41,829 nt of DNA, from positions 104,207,416 to 104,249,244 of the forward strand of contig NC_068983.1 in NCBI RefSeq assembly GCF_001194135.2. The letters run 5' to 3'. This document shows, in pieces, positions 23,585-35,055 of this stretch; position 1 is the first letter of the stretch, and each line of letters begins with the position of its first letter. The translations under genes and the position numbers were made by a program. This DNA is from Octopus bimaculoides. Lineage: Eukaryota. Below the pieces are notes generated by a model. It ran no database searches. It was given only the letters and a program-made list of their open reading frames with translations, and was not told the origin of the DNA.

Positions 23585-23634
<50 letters not shown>

Positions 23635-24396
23635 ACACACACACACATACACACACACACACACACACAAACACACCTATACATACACCATACAGACTAC
23701 CCATATACACATACACACTTGGGAACTACCCAGTGAAGATTGTATGTTTCTTAGGGGATATCAGATTTGTGAACAGCATTTGCTACTTTGGAAGAAAGAA
23801 AGAAAGAAAGGAAGAAAGAAAGAAAGAATTGATGCAGCATTTGTGATGAGGAACCATATTTCAGACTGGATACAAATTGCTCTATGAAACTTTCCAGGGG
23901 GTTTAGTTCCTCAAGGACAAGTTCTCCCCAGCAGTTTCAATTCTCCAATCAATTTGAGTTGAAGCCATTCTGCTATAGTAACTACTTCTGTTCAAATTGC
24001 AGCATGGAATTTCCACAACAGTAAAATCAACAACAACAACAACAACATATCTGTTGCTTAGGCTTATAACCTAAACAACAAATAGATTGAGTTTTATGAC
24101 CCAAAACATCAAATTTTACCATTCTTCATGACAAGTGGACATATTGAAACCCAATAAACTCTCAAGAATGCTCACATATTGTTTCCTATACATGACACTC
24201 TTTCACGCATTCCCAATGTTCATCTTCCCAATTCTTACTGCACTATGCTCCACAGTAACTGAAGATGGTAGTGGATCTCTTCTGTTGTTCACCATGCATT
24301 GCTTTCAATCGGGATAACACTGCATTTGTTCAGACCTGCTCTCCATCATTCTTTTATGTTTTGGTACAGACCCACTATCTTTCCATTTGCTTCATG

Positions 24397-24540
24397 ACTC
24401 ATCACTCAGTCCTTCATCATTCAACACCTTGTCACTCATCACTCAACTCATCCCTAAGCTCATCACTCAGCTCTATTCAACTCCTCATCACTCAACTTCT
24501 CATCACTCATTACTCAACTGTTTTAGCCCATCTCATCACC
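24397..24540. repeat. Degenerate minisatellite built on ctcatcactca(a)
   Basis: The motif tcatcactc recurs about 6 times, with variants. Confidence 0.7.
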
Positions 24541-24759
24541 TATGTATAGGTGGCTACATTAGATCACTTGTGTCCAGTTCACTCTTCCTTCACCCTCTTC
24601 ACCTGTACAGATTGTCATCACCCCTTAATACTCTCTCTGTCAGCATATTTTTAATTTGTTTCTCTCACTCAATCTGAACCTCTGTCATCACTTCAGTCCC
24701 TGGATCACATAGACTTCTGTCACTTCCCTACCACTTCAGTCATATTGCCTTGAATACTG

Positions 24760-25410
24760 ATTTCAAATTTTGGCACAACGCCAACATTTTCAGGAAGGAG
24801 ATAAGTCGATTATATCAACCCCAGTGTTCAATTGGTACTTATTTTATTGAACCTGAAAGGGATGAGAGGCAAAGTTGACCTCAGCAGAATTTGAACTCAG
24901 AACTCAGATGAAATGCCACTAAGCATTTTGCCCAGCATGCAAACAAGTCTGCCAGCTCACCACCTCCTCTTATTTTAAGATATTGGTTTCAAATTTTGAC
25001 ACAAGGCTAGCAAGTTTTGGGGAAGGAGAAAATCAATTACGTCAACCAGGTGCTTATTTTATCGATCCTGAAAGCATGAAAGGCAAAGTGGCCCTCAGTG
25101 GAATTTGAACTCAGAACATAAAGACTAAAGAAATATCACTAAGCATTTTGCCCAACACTCTAACAATTCTGCCAGCTTGCTACTTTACCATTTCAATCAT
25201 ATTCTATTCTACTCTAGGCACAAGGACTGAATTTTGGGGGGAGTCAATTAGATTGACCCCAGTATGCAACTGGTACTTAATTTATCGACCCCAAAAGGAT
25301 GAAAGGCAAAGTTGACCTCAGCGGAATTTGAACTCAGAACATAAAGACAGATGAAATACTGCTAAGCATTTCACCCAGTGTGCTAATGTTTCGGTCAGCT
25401 TGCCGCCATA
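24760..25410 (-). mobile_element. Three head-to-tail family B SINEs (24760-24965, 24983-25185, 25200-25410)
   Basis: Each carries 'gaaaggcaaagt.g.cctcag..gaatttgaactcagaac...ctaagcatttt.ccca'. Confidence 0.9.
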
Positions 25411-26184
25411 CCACTTCGGTCATATTGTCTTTAATATTAGTACCTATCTCAGATATTGGAACCTGTATCAGATACTAGTATCTATCTTATAATACTGAGT
25501 ACTCCTGTCATTCAACTTCTAATCACACATCCCTGTCACACATTCATGCCTCTATTATACTCATGCTTCTCACTCTCTAAAGAGGTAGACAAATGAGCTG
25601 AGACTTGGGGATGTGTGGTCCTTTTAGTTGTGATTAAGACCTTTAGTTGTGACTGGGTACCTTTCCAGTGCTGGTGTCATAAAAAATTACCAACTTCACT
25701 CTGTAACGTATGATAATAAGAAGATACTTTAGTTTTGTTAAGGACATGACTTCTTTGTTACAAGAGTGGTAGGTTGTAAGGGGGTAAATGTGTGCAAACA
25801 CGTTTACCATATCACAACTCCTATCCACAGATACACACACAAATAAAAGCATACCCCCCCCCCACCTACACATCACGAGCTCACCAACAAATCATAATTA
25901 AATAACAAACACTCCCACTGAAGATCATAAAAAATAGCTTAACCAAACAATCACGAATCCAGAAAACATCACTCAATCAATAAGCAAAGTATAGAATGCA
26001 AATTAATCAACAAACACAAGCACTAGACCATACACACACGCACACACATCAAAGGATATGAATACACTACCATCTCGAGTAGTAACAGTTCTCACCTGAA
26101 GACTACACTGGCATGAAACTCTAGTTGCAAGACAAACATTTAGTTGAAATAAAATCATATACTCTACAACATGTATTCAGCAAC

Positions 26185-26221
<37 letters not shown>

Positions 26222-27507
26222 CTTGTATGTATGTAGTTAGATTTACAGTTTTCTTCTTGTGTGGTGATGTGGTTTCTACTACACTTAGTAGTGTTACTGA
26301 TTATGATATACAGGTACGTTTCACCATTGTGGTTATTTGTAACCTCTGCATTGGATCAAAAGGTATTTTATCAGAGTAGCATAATGCAACAAAGTGTTCT
26401 GCTAATGATCTGTTAGAATTTTGCATCTAATTGCACTTGGAACATCTAATGTAGAGGATGCAATTAACTGCAACAGTAAAACATACATAGGGAACAAATC
26501 ATATAATTTCTCATATACATATATATATATATATATTTCACTCCACACACACTAGCACTGAACACTTCTCAGCACCTACACCACAAACTATTATCCACAC
26601 ACCCATACACAATCTTCAATAGTGTCACAACACAAACCACTATACAAGCAGCCATACACACTGTTTAACTCAGTACACTCACTATCATGCAAACTCCTAC
26701 ACACACACACACACACACACAACATGCATAAACACATGCGACACACACAAAGATAACTTTCACCCACAAACATACACTATACACATGCACACTGGTTGGT
26801 CACTGGGACACACATACACAAGTGCACACACCGCCTGAACAAGCACTCATCAACTGCTTCACTCCTACACACAGATCACACACACACACATACAGACACA
26901 CAATAGATTCACTCACTCCCATTCACACATACACACTCACATACTCCATTCTCACATACACACACATGCTTGCGCACCGTAGTTCATTGGGGGTGACCAT
27001 TACCTTCACTGTTATTATTATTATTATCTTCCTTCCATTCAAGCTCTTTATTCTAGTCATCTCACCATGTTGTACCATTGAACTCTTCACATTTTTCTCT
27101 CTACGTTTTTTTTTCATTCTCTCTCCATTTTCTACCTCTTAATCCTTTCTGTCAAAGAGCATAGGCTCGAAACATAAAAGACTTTTCCATTTTACCCAAG
27201 TGTTAAAGTAATACACCTGCTTGTTGTTCCTACACATGTCTTCGTCTTTTGTTTTCTGTAAAATTGAACTATANNNNNNNNNNNNNNNNNNNNNNNNNNN
27301 NNNNNNNNNNNNNNNNNNNNNNNNNNNNNNNNNNNNNNNNNNNNNNNNNNNNNNNNNNNNNNNNNNNNNNNNNNNNNNNNNNNNNNNNNNNNNNNNNNNN
27401 NNNNNNNNNNNNNNNNNNNNNNNNNNNNNNNNNNNNNNNNNNNNNNNNNNNNNNNNNNNNNNNNNNNNNNNNNNNNNNNNNNNNNNNNNNNNNNNNNNNN
27501 NNNNNNN

Positions 27508-27542
<35 letters not shown>

Positions 27543-27757
27543 ATATGTGTGTGTGTGTGTGTATTTATGTAGTATTATGCATGCAACCATGTATTTTTGT
27601 ATGTATGCATGTGTGTGTATGTATGTATGTAGAGAGAGAGTTGATAACCTGTTGTCCAAAATGCTTGTAACTGAAAGGTTTCGGTTGATACATAGGAATT
27701 TGGGGTATTTCAAAATGGCTGTATATCTACCTCTATGAAATGGACTTGTTCATTTAC

Positions 27758-27883
27758 CATCTTCAAATACAGTTGCATGACTGCCACTCCTGTATGGATC
27801 TGCACACCTGCAGCAAACACTGCATCACCATCAGCAGCTGACACACAATTCTCCAGGCACAGAAGATCCTTGGTCTTTCGAAA
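27758..27883 (-). CDS. Candidate 126-nt internal exon (FRKTKDLLCLENCVSAADGDAVFAAGVQIHTGVAVMQLYLKM), unknown gene
   Basis: GC-richer unique block, open phase 0-0, bounded by AG and GTAAAT. The polypyrimidine tract is weak, and the + strand offers a competing reading. Confidence 0.3.
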
Positions 27884-27984
27884 CTGATAGATGCCTACCT
27901 ACCTATCTAATTTACATCTCATAAAACAGCTCATACATTTATCAGAAAATAATTTATATTATTATCAGCTTTACTATCAAATTA

Positions 27985-28240
27985 GTGAGCTGACAGAATC
28001 CTTAGTACAGCAAACAAAAAATACTTAGCAATATTACTTCTGACTTTTCATTCCAAGTTCAAATTCTACCGAGGTCGACTTTTCTTTTCATCTTTTGGAG
28101 TTGATAAAATAAGTACAAGTTGAACACTGCAGTCAATATAATTGACAACCCCCTCACTCAAAATTTCAGATCTTGTGCCTATAGTAGAAAGAATAATTAT
28201 CAAGGTAATGAGCTGGCAGAATTGTTAGCATGCTGGACAA
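27985..28240 (+). mobile_element. Family B SINE followed by a second head fragment
   Basis: 'gtgagctgacagaatccttag...ctaccgaggtcgacttttcttttcatcttttggagttgataaaataagtac'. Confidence 0.8.
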
Positions 28241-28247
28241 ATACTTT

Positions 28248-28935
28248 TTTTCTTTTACTTGTTTCAGTCGTTTGTCTGTGGCCATACTGGAGTACCACAT
28301 TAAGAGGTCTTTTAGTTGAACAAATCAAACAATCGACTTATTCTTTGTAAGCCTAGTACTTATTCTATCGGTCTCTCTTGCCGAACCACTAAATTACAGG
28401 GACATAAACACACCAATATCGGTTGTCAAGCAATGGTGGGGCGAGATGAACACAGACTTAAACACACAAATATATATATATATATATATATATACTGTTG
28501 TGTCTGGGGAGAGTCATTCTCTTTTAGTGCTTTATAATTTAGCACACTTACCAGTAAAATTTCTCTCTGAAAGTCAACAACTATTGAAAAGGCTGCAAGA
28601 CACAATGAAAATTTTAGAAAAATAAGTAAATGAGTTGAAATTTTACCAGTGAGTGTGTTAAATTATAAGGCACTAAAAGAGAATGACTCTCCCCAGACAC
28701 AACAGAATATGCTTCAACACACTGACTCACATAAAGAATCTTGCAAACCAAATCCAAAAACGAAATATATATATATAAAACGGGCTTCTTTCAGTTTTTA
28801 TCTACTAAATACTCATAAGACTTTCGTTGGCCCAAGGTTATAGTAAAAGACATTTGCCCAAGGTGCCACACAGTGGGACTGAACCTGGAACCATGTGGTT
28901 GGGAAGCAAGCTTCTAACAACGCCTGCGCCTATAG
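28248..28935 (-). mobile_element. Family A SINE split by a fold-back MITE in its (TA)n linker
   Basis: Tail 28248-28470 and head 28780-28935. Confidence 0.85.
28495..28705. mobile_element. Fold-back MITE-like element with 69-bp TIRs
   Basis: Arms 28495-28563 and 28637-28705 match 64/69, with a 73-nt spacer. Confidence 0.85.
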
Positions 28936-28939
28936 TGAC

Positions 28940-29105
28940 ATTTTTTCTGGCTTTTCGAACTAAGTTCAAATTCCACCGACATTGATTTTTTCTTTCATCC
29001 ATCTTTTCAAGGTCAATAAAGTAAGTACTAATTGAACACAGGTTGATATAATCGACTAACTCCCTCCACCAAAATTTCCGGTTTTATTCCTATAGTAGAA
29101 AGAAT
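28940..29105 (+). mobile_element. Family B SINE (5'-truncated)
   Basis: 'aagttcaaattccaccgacattgat...tttcatccatcttttcaaggtcaataaagtaagtact'. Confidence 0.7.
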
Positions 29106-29764
29106 TATTATTCTTATAATTATAAACCTTGCAACAGGTCCAATTTTCCCACACGTAAAAGTTTCACTTTGGGAACATTATTCCTATTATTACACTTTCA
29201 CATTGAGAACATTATTCCTACTATTAATTACACTTTTACTTCAGCTTGTCAGCAACTAACTTTTGCTTTTTAACACTTTCGTTTGAAGCTCACCTACAAA
29301 TATTACCATATGACGATTTATCTGTCCTCTATGAGAAACACGAGGCTGCAAAACAGTGGTAGTCGATGGAAGAGGTGCTTTTAGAATAAAGATATATGGA
29401 ATTATTGTTGACAAAGTTGTTGGAAAGGACAGAGCCACATCCATCCAGTGTACTCATATCTACATTTTTTTTAATATCTCCATTCATTTTAACTTTGGTT
29501 TTTTTGGGGGCGGGGAGGGGGGTGCTTTTATTTTGTTTGATTGTTTTTGGTGAGGTGCAAAGACAGCTCTGATATGCTGTTTTCATTGTCCGACTGATAT
29601 TTAAAAATATCTAGGGAACTTGAAAAACAGGTGTTGTTGCCGGTAATGTGGTACATGCAAATTCAATGGTATGATTTCATTCGATGCAATGGTATTGATA
29701 ATTATTATGTTAGTTTTACCTTACAATGTAACAAGATTTATGGGAATTTTTAAAAGATACTTTG

Positions 29765-29837
29765 AAAGCTTGCCAGGATTCGAACAGGGAATCTTCTGAT
29801 CCATAGTCAGACGTGTTATCCATTGTGCCACAAACCC
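29765..29837 (-). pseudogene. tRNA-Arg(ACG) pseudogene; anticodon now reads ATG
   Basis: Minus strand 'gggtttgtggcacaatggataacacgtctgactatggatcagaagattccctgttcgaatcctggcaagctt' matches the conserved eukaryotic tRNA-Arg(ACG) body with CpG-type transitions. TTTT lies ~10 nt downstream (29752-29755). Confidence 0.85.
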
Positions 29838-30089
29838 AACTTGCAAGTCATCACTATTGAATACATTTTGTAACAAGAAATATAAATAAAAATACACCGA
29901 CTGAGACATTTTATTTATTTTATTTACTTTCCCACTTTGTATCCACAAACTTGCTGTTAACATACTTAACTCATTCCTATTTATTCTTTCACCTCTTTTT
30001 TCACTCACTATTCACTTAACTTCCTTCACACGCTAGATATATAATTGTGACACGGTCAAGACACCATATTTTGAGTGCCCAAATAGACA

Positions 30090-30150
<61 letters not shown>

Positions 30151-31252
30151 CTTCGTTACTGGTTACTCAGAGCATACAATAAATTTATACTTCGTCATGT
30201 TTCTATTATTGGTGTATTGTGAAGTGAACACCATGATTATGCTTGCAATTTAATGGTGAAGAAATCCGCAAATAAAACTAAAGAGCAAGACGAAAGACCA
30301 AAAAAAAAAAAAAACTTTCTTACCTATGTCTTTCCATTTCATATTTCCTAAAAATATATGTAAGAAAATTATTTTTAAATGAATATGTTCATTCTGGTAA
30401 TCTAAATGAAAGAAAAATTAAGAAAGTATTTTGCTCTAGAAAAGAAATATCAGTTGCTGAACAGAGAAATATTTACTCATACATATACACACATTGCGAA
30501 GATGGTGGGGGAAGGCCACTGTAGTAAAACCTTAGAGCAAAAGTGAATATCTTCAAGTCATAGAGCTTAAATATTTAAGACATATTTTCCTATTTATTTA
30601 TTGTTGAGGATGAATTTAATGTCATTTAATATCATGTAAGTGACACTGATAAAGTTTGGCATTCTTCAGATGATCCCTCGCCTCAATTTCGTTTCTGGGT
30701 CTCTTCCCCACTTCATTCCTCGTTTTCTAGGTCACAAACACTAAAGGGCTGGTTAATAAAACTATCGAAAATGTATCAAGAAATATCTCAAGTGTAAATG
30801 TATATCGGTTTCAGTAAAAAACATTATAAAAGGTTGCAGTGTTTGAAATTTGTTTAACTTGAATTTCGTAAAATCATTGGTTGTTACAAGAACAAATAAA
30901 TCCCTATAGGTCCCCTTTATTCGGGTGAATGCACATTGATATCTGTGTGCATTTGTTATTTTTACTGGCAACAAGATTCATTCACATTCCAAAGATTCCA
31001 GTCCAAATTTTTCAATCATTTTGAAGAAGTAGTTCTTAAGCTCATTAGTCACTTTCCTTGGTAGATATTTTTTGAACAATTCTATTTTCCTTCATTAACC
31101 AATATAAAATTTTGAACATTTATTTAGTGATTTATTCATAACTGCTTCAGCATATACTATGAATACAGTTAAATGACTGAGTTCAGAATAAGACCAAAAT
31201 GTGTCCAGAGTTGTCTGTTGAGAAATCAGTATTGGCTTCACTTTATATGTAT

Positions 31253-31440
31253 AGGCCTGGCTTTGAGGTTAAGAAATTTCGTTTCCCAACCATATGGTTC
31301 TGGGTCCACTCCCACTGTATGACACCTTGAGCAAGTATCTCCTATTATGGTCTTTAATTGACCAATACTTAGTGAGATGAATTTGATAAATGATTAATGG
31401 AAACTGCAGAAGTCCTGTGGTGTACGTGCATGTGTGTGTG
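31253..31440 (+). mobile_element. Degenerate family A SINE head
   Basis: 'ggttaagaaatttcgtttcccaaccatatggttctgggtccactcccactgtatgacaccttgagcaagt'. Confidence 0.7.
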
Positions 31441-32264
31441 TAGCCATTAGTATCAATAAATCAAGGGAAAGTACACAAGAATCATGGTTGTGTATAAAAA
31501 TTTGTTTCAGTTGATCTAGTTCTTTGTCAATTCATTGGACAAGATAAACTATATGAGAAAACCGGGCTATTTCTTATAATGGTAGACGAATGGATGTATA
31601 CAATTAGTTGAACAATTAGATGTCTAGTAGATGAAGACTTATAATTGGCTGGCTATCTAATCACATTAGAGTCCAAACAAAGCTTTAACCATCCATAAGT
31701 CAGAAGGAAAAAAGCACAGAAGTGAAAAGTGTGGAGACCTGGGTTGTCACTGGGGATGGTAAAGTCAAATCAATACTTGGAAATTAAAAATACAACTAGC
31801 CTGAAGTACAATGATTATACTACAAGCAAGTCTTATGTCTTGTTTCTAAGAATTAAATTGACATTGCTACTCTAACTGCTCCCTACCTGATGCTTCCTGT
31901 CATTTCACCTCTACTGCAAATCTTTTAGTTTAATATGACAATTTCTATCTAAACTTCAGTCCTTTTGTACATATTTCAGAAAGATGGGGAGGAACAGTGT
32001 CATTAGCTTTTACAGGCTTATTGACCAATGAGGTTAATGTAGTTGAAGTTTCTTGTTCTTTAGTCTTTGAATGGCTTCCATACGTAAATGACCTCTGTGA
32101 TTTATGCTTTTTTTTAATCTGCTAATATTTTACTCTTACACATGCATAAAATTGCATGTTTACATAATGATTCTGTCATCACTACCTCAGCAAATATAGT
32201 AAAGTGCATGATAAAACTGAAATATGTCTGGAAGTGTCTCCTATACATAAGGAAATATCTTTTA

Positions 32265-32940
32265 TTATCTTTTAATTGTTTCAGTCATTAGATTGCCACC
32301 ATGCTGAGGCATTGCCTTGAAGAATGTTAGTCAAACAAATTGACCCCATTTACTTATTTTCTAAAGCCTGGTACTTGTTCTATCAGTCTCTTTTGCTGAT
32401 GCACTAAGTTACGGGAACACAAACAAACCAAAACCAGTTGTCAAAGACACACAGACATATTCAAGGGGTTGCTGAAAAGTTCCTGGCTTTGGGTAAAAGA
32501 AAATACAAGAGTATCAGTTAATTATGATTTTATTCAACATATTCCCCTCCCTGATTCATACACTTATTGTAGTGGTCCTTCAGTTTTTCTAACCCCTGTA
32601 AAAAAAGTCTCAGAAAATTGGTCCTCCAAACAGGCCTTTCACGATACCCTTAAAGCCAGGAATTTTTCAGCACCCCCTCATATATATATATATATATANN
32701 NNNNNNNNNNNNNNNNNNNNNNNNNNNNNNNNNNNNNNNNNNNNNNNNNNNNNNNNNNNNNNNNNNNNNNNNTATATGATGGGTTTCTTTCAGTTTCTGT
32801 CTACCAAATCCACTTACAAAACTTTGATCAGCCCAGCGTTATAGTCGAAGTCACCTTCACAAAGAGTCATGCATTGAGACTGAACCTAAAATCATGTGGT
32901 TGGGAAACAAACTTCTTACCACACTGCCATGCTTGCACCT
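32265..32940 (-). mobile_element. Family A SINE interrupted by a mariner MITE and a gap
   Basis: Tail 32265-32450 and head 32780-32940. Confidence 0.8.
32462..32680 (-). mobile_element. Mariner-derived MITE, copy 1
   Basis: Ends caaggggttgctgaaaagttcctggcttt and aaagccaggaatttttcagcaccccctca|TA. It is an inverted homolog of 34331-34546. Confidence 0.85.
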
Positions 32941-33274
32941 GAAATTACTTGATGAAATATTTAAATAATATTAGTCATTGGGTTAATGTATTTTCCTCAT
33001 CACATAATCATTTCTAATTACAGTTTCTATGTACACTGAATTGAATATATTGGAACTAAATTAACTATTGCTTTTTTATACAGTAGGCGTCTCTGAGTAA
33101 ATTAATCCCTCTGATTTACTTGAGTTATTGTTTCAGTTTATATTATAGAACTGAAGGTCGATCCCAAAATGCTGAGTCTTTCTAAAGAGATGACAGAGGA
33201 CCAAGATATATGGTGCATTGCTGTACTCAAGAAGACCCACTCTCTACAACAGAATTGTGATCCTAAAACTAAGG

Positions 33275-33495
33275 TGACCCATAAAAAGCATTGGTGTGGG
33301 TGCTAGTGCCACGTAAAAAGTACTGATGATCATGCCATGTAAAAAGCACCAAGTACATTCTGTGAAGTGGTTGATGTTATGAAGGGCACCCAGCCAAAAC
33401 AGACTATGGAACCTGGTGTGGCCCTTGGTCTTGCCAGTTCCTGTCAAGCCACCCAACCCACACCAGCATGGAAAACAGACATTAAATGATGATGG
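33275..33495 (+). mobile_element. RTE-type 3' end
   Basis: 'gtgccacgtaaaaag...gaagggcacccagcc...ccagcatggaaaacagacattaaatgatgatg'. Confidence 0.8.
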
Positions 33496-34026
33496 TGGTG
33501 GTGGTGGTGGTTTTGCTCGCCACCGCCGTCGCCGTCGTCATCAAGAAACATAAAAAATCCTCAGAGATTTGTGAGGTCTGGCATTTGTAAAATTTGCAGA
33601 GGCTTTAGTTGTAAGAAATTCACATTTAGAGAGAGTACAGTATTGTGTATTTCCTTGATATGTATAGTGATTGTTTTTTGGTACTGTTGAAAGAAAATGC
33701 ATTGTCACATCCCAAGAGAGGATGTTTTGCAGTTTTTGTTCATGGGAGTAGTGTATGCTTGTTGTGAAGTGGTGTCTTGATTGTATACCATTGACACTTG
33801 AATGTGTGATAATTTATCAAGGAGTGAGGAGTGATATTGCCTGCACAGCTCTCGAGAGTCTTATAGAACAGAGGTCCCCAACCAATGGGCCACAGACTAG
33901 TGCCAGGCTGTGAATCATTTGGTACTGAACTGTGCAAAAAGATTAGATTTTAAAAATTTTATTTCTATTTTATTGACTACTGCAGTCTGAGGGATATTTT
34001 TGCATTATATATGTTACATATGTAAT

Positions 34027-34320
34027 GAAGGTGCATGACCTAGTGGTTAAGGGTGTTACACTCACAATCATGAGATCACAGTTTCGATTCTCAGACTGGC
34101 TGCACATTGTATTCTTGAGCAAAACATTTCATTTCATGTTGCTCCAGTCCACTCAGCTGTAAATGAGTAACACTGCAACAGAATAGCCTTCCAATCAGGG
34201 GGAACATTGGCCAGCACACCTAGCCAGTGGAGTGACATTATTTGAAAGCTAAAACGATGTGAGGCTCATAGTGACCAATGATGCATAACAGCATCTGATA
34301 GTCTGGTCAATGCTATGATA
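34027..34320 (+). mobile_element. Family C (CORE/V-like) SINE nested in the hAT element
   Basis: 'gaaggtgcatgacctagtggttaag...ttcgattctc...cttgagcaaaacatttcatttcatgttgctccagtccactcagctgtaaatgagta'. Confidence 0.8.
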
Positions 34321-34330
34321 CTGTAACATA

Positions 34331-34546
34331 TGAAGGGGTGTTAAAAAGTTCCTGGCTTCAAGAGTATTGCAAAAGGCTTGGTTGGAGGCCCAACCTTCCA
34401 AGCTCTTTTACAGGGCTTACAAAAGCTGAAGGACCCTTGCAATAAGTGTATGAATCTGAGAGGGGAATATGTTGAATAAAATCATAATTAACTGATTCTC
34501 CTGTATTTTGTTTTACCAAAGCCTAGAACTTTTCAGCACCTCGTCG
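34331..34546 (+). mobile_element. Mariner-derived MITE, copy 2, nested in the hAT element
   Basis: TA|tgaaggggtgttaaaaagttcctggc...gaacttttcagcacctcgtcg|TA. It retains the transposase-end-like 'aataagtgtatgaatctgagaggggaatatgttgaataaa'. Confidence 0.85.
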
Positions 34547-35055
34547 TATGTAGGATATATATATATTATATATGTATTATATAAGTGTTATATATGCGAT
34601 TTATATATATGTATTATATAGATATTATATAAAAGTTATGTGTGTGTGTGTGTGTGTAATAGTTAAATTATATACTGAGCACTTTATTTTGCTATGCTTT
34701 GTTATGTGCATGGTCCCCTGGTCCATGGAAAAATTGTTTTGCATGAAACTGGTCCGAAGTGCAAAGAAGATAGGTGACAGCTGTTATAGAGAAACAATGA
34801 AATCTCATTAATTTGTATCACATATCTAATACATAGGGGAATGACAGGTATGTAAAAAAACACTCCCAATATCCTACACTAAAAATCTCAGGTTTTGTGC
34901 CTATGATACTCACTTTACCCTTAAGTTTTCAAGCAGCAGGCACCCTGGAGTAACTTTTTTCGATCATACATCTAATTCATTATGCCAGTCAATATTTATT
35001 TATGAAAAGCTTACAACTCTCTCGTCATTCTCTGCACAGGCAGTCATAGTTACAA

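Larger units (their letters stand above)
33869..34783 (+). mobile_element. Non-autonomous hAT (MER1/Charlie-like ends) with 8-bp TSD, hosting two nested elements
   Basis: Ends CAGAGGTCCCCAACC... and ...gtccatggaaaaattg...aagataggtgacagCTG. TSD ttatagaa / ttatagag (7/8). Confidence 0.85.

Noticed and set aside
24150-24340. Faint RTE endonuclease-like translation on the minus strand (RIGKMNIG)
   Set aside because: A single weak motif; cannot be supported without a profile search.
26540-27000. Long CA-rich stretch with apparent ORFs
   Set aside because: Degenerate (CA)n low-complexity sequence.
29160-29235. ~35-bp imperfect tandem duplication
   Set aside because: Ordinary slippage product with no associated structure.
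29329-29586. Overlapping short ORFs in a mildly GC-richer block
   Set aside because: No convincing acceptor/donor pair and no recognisable homology.
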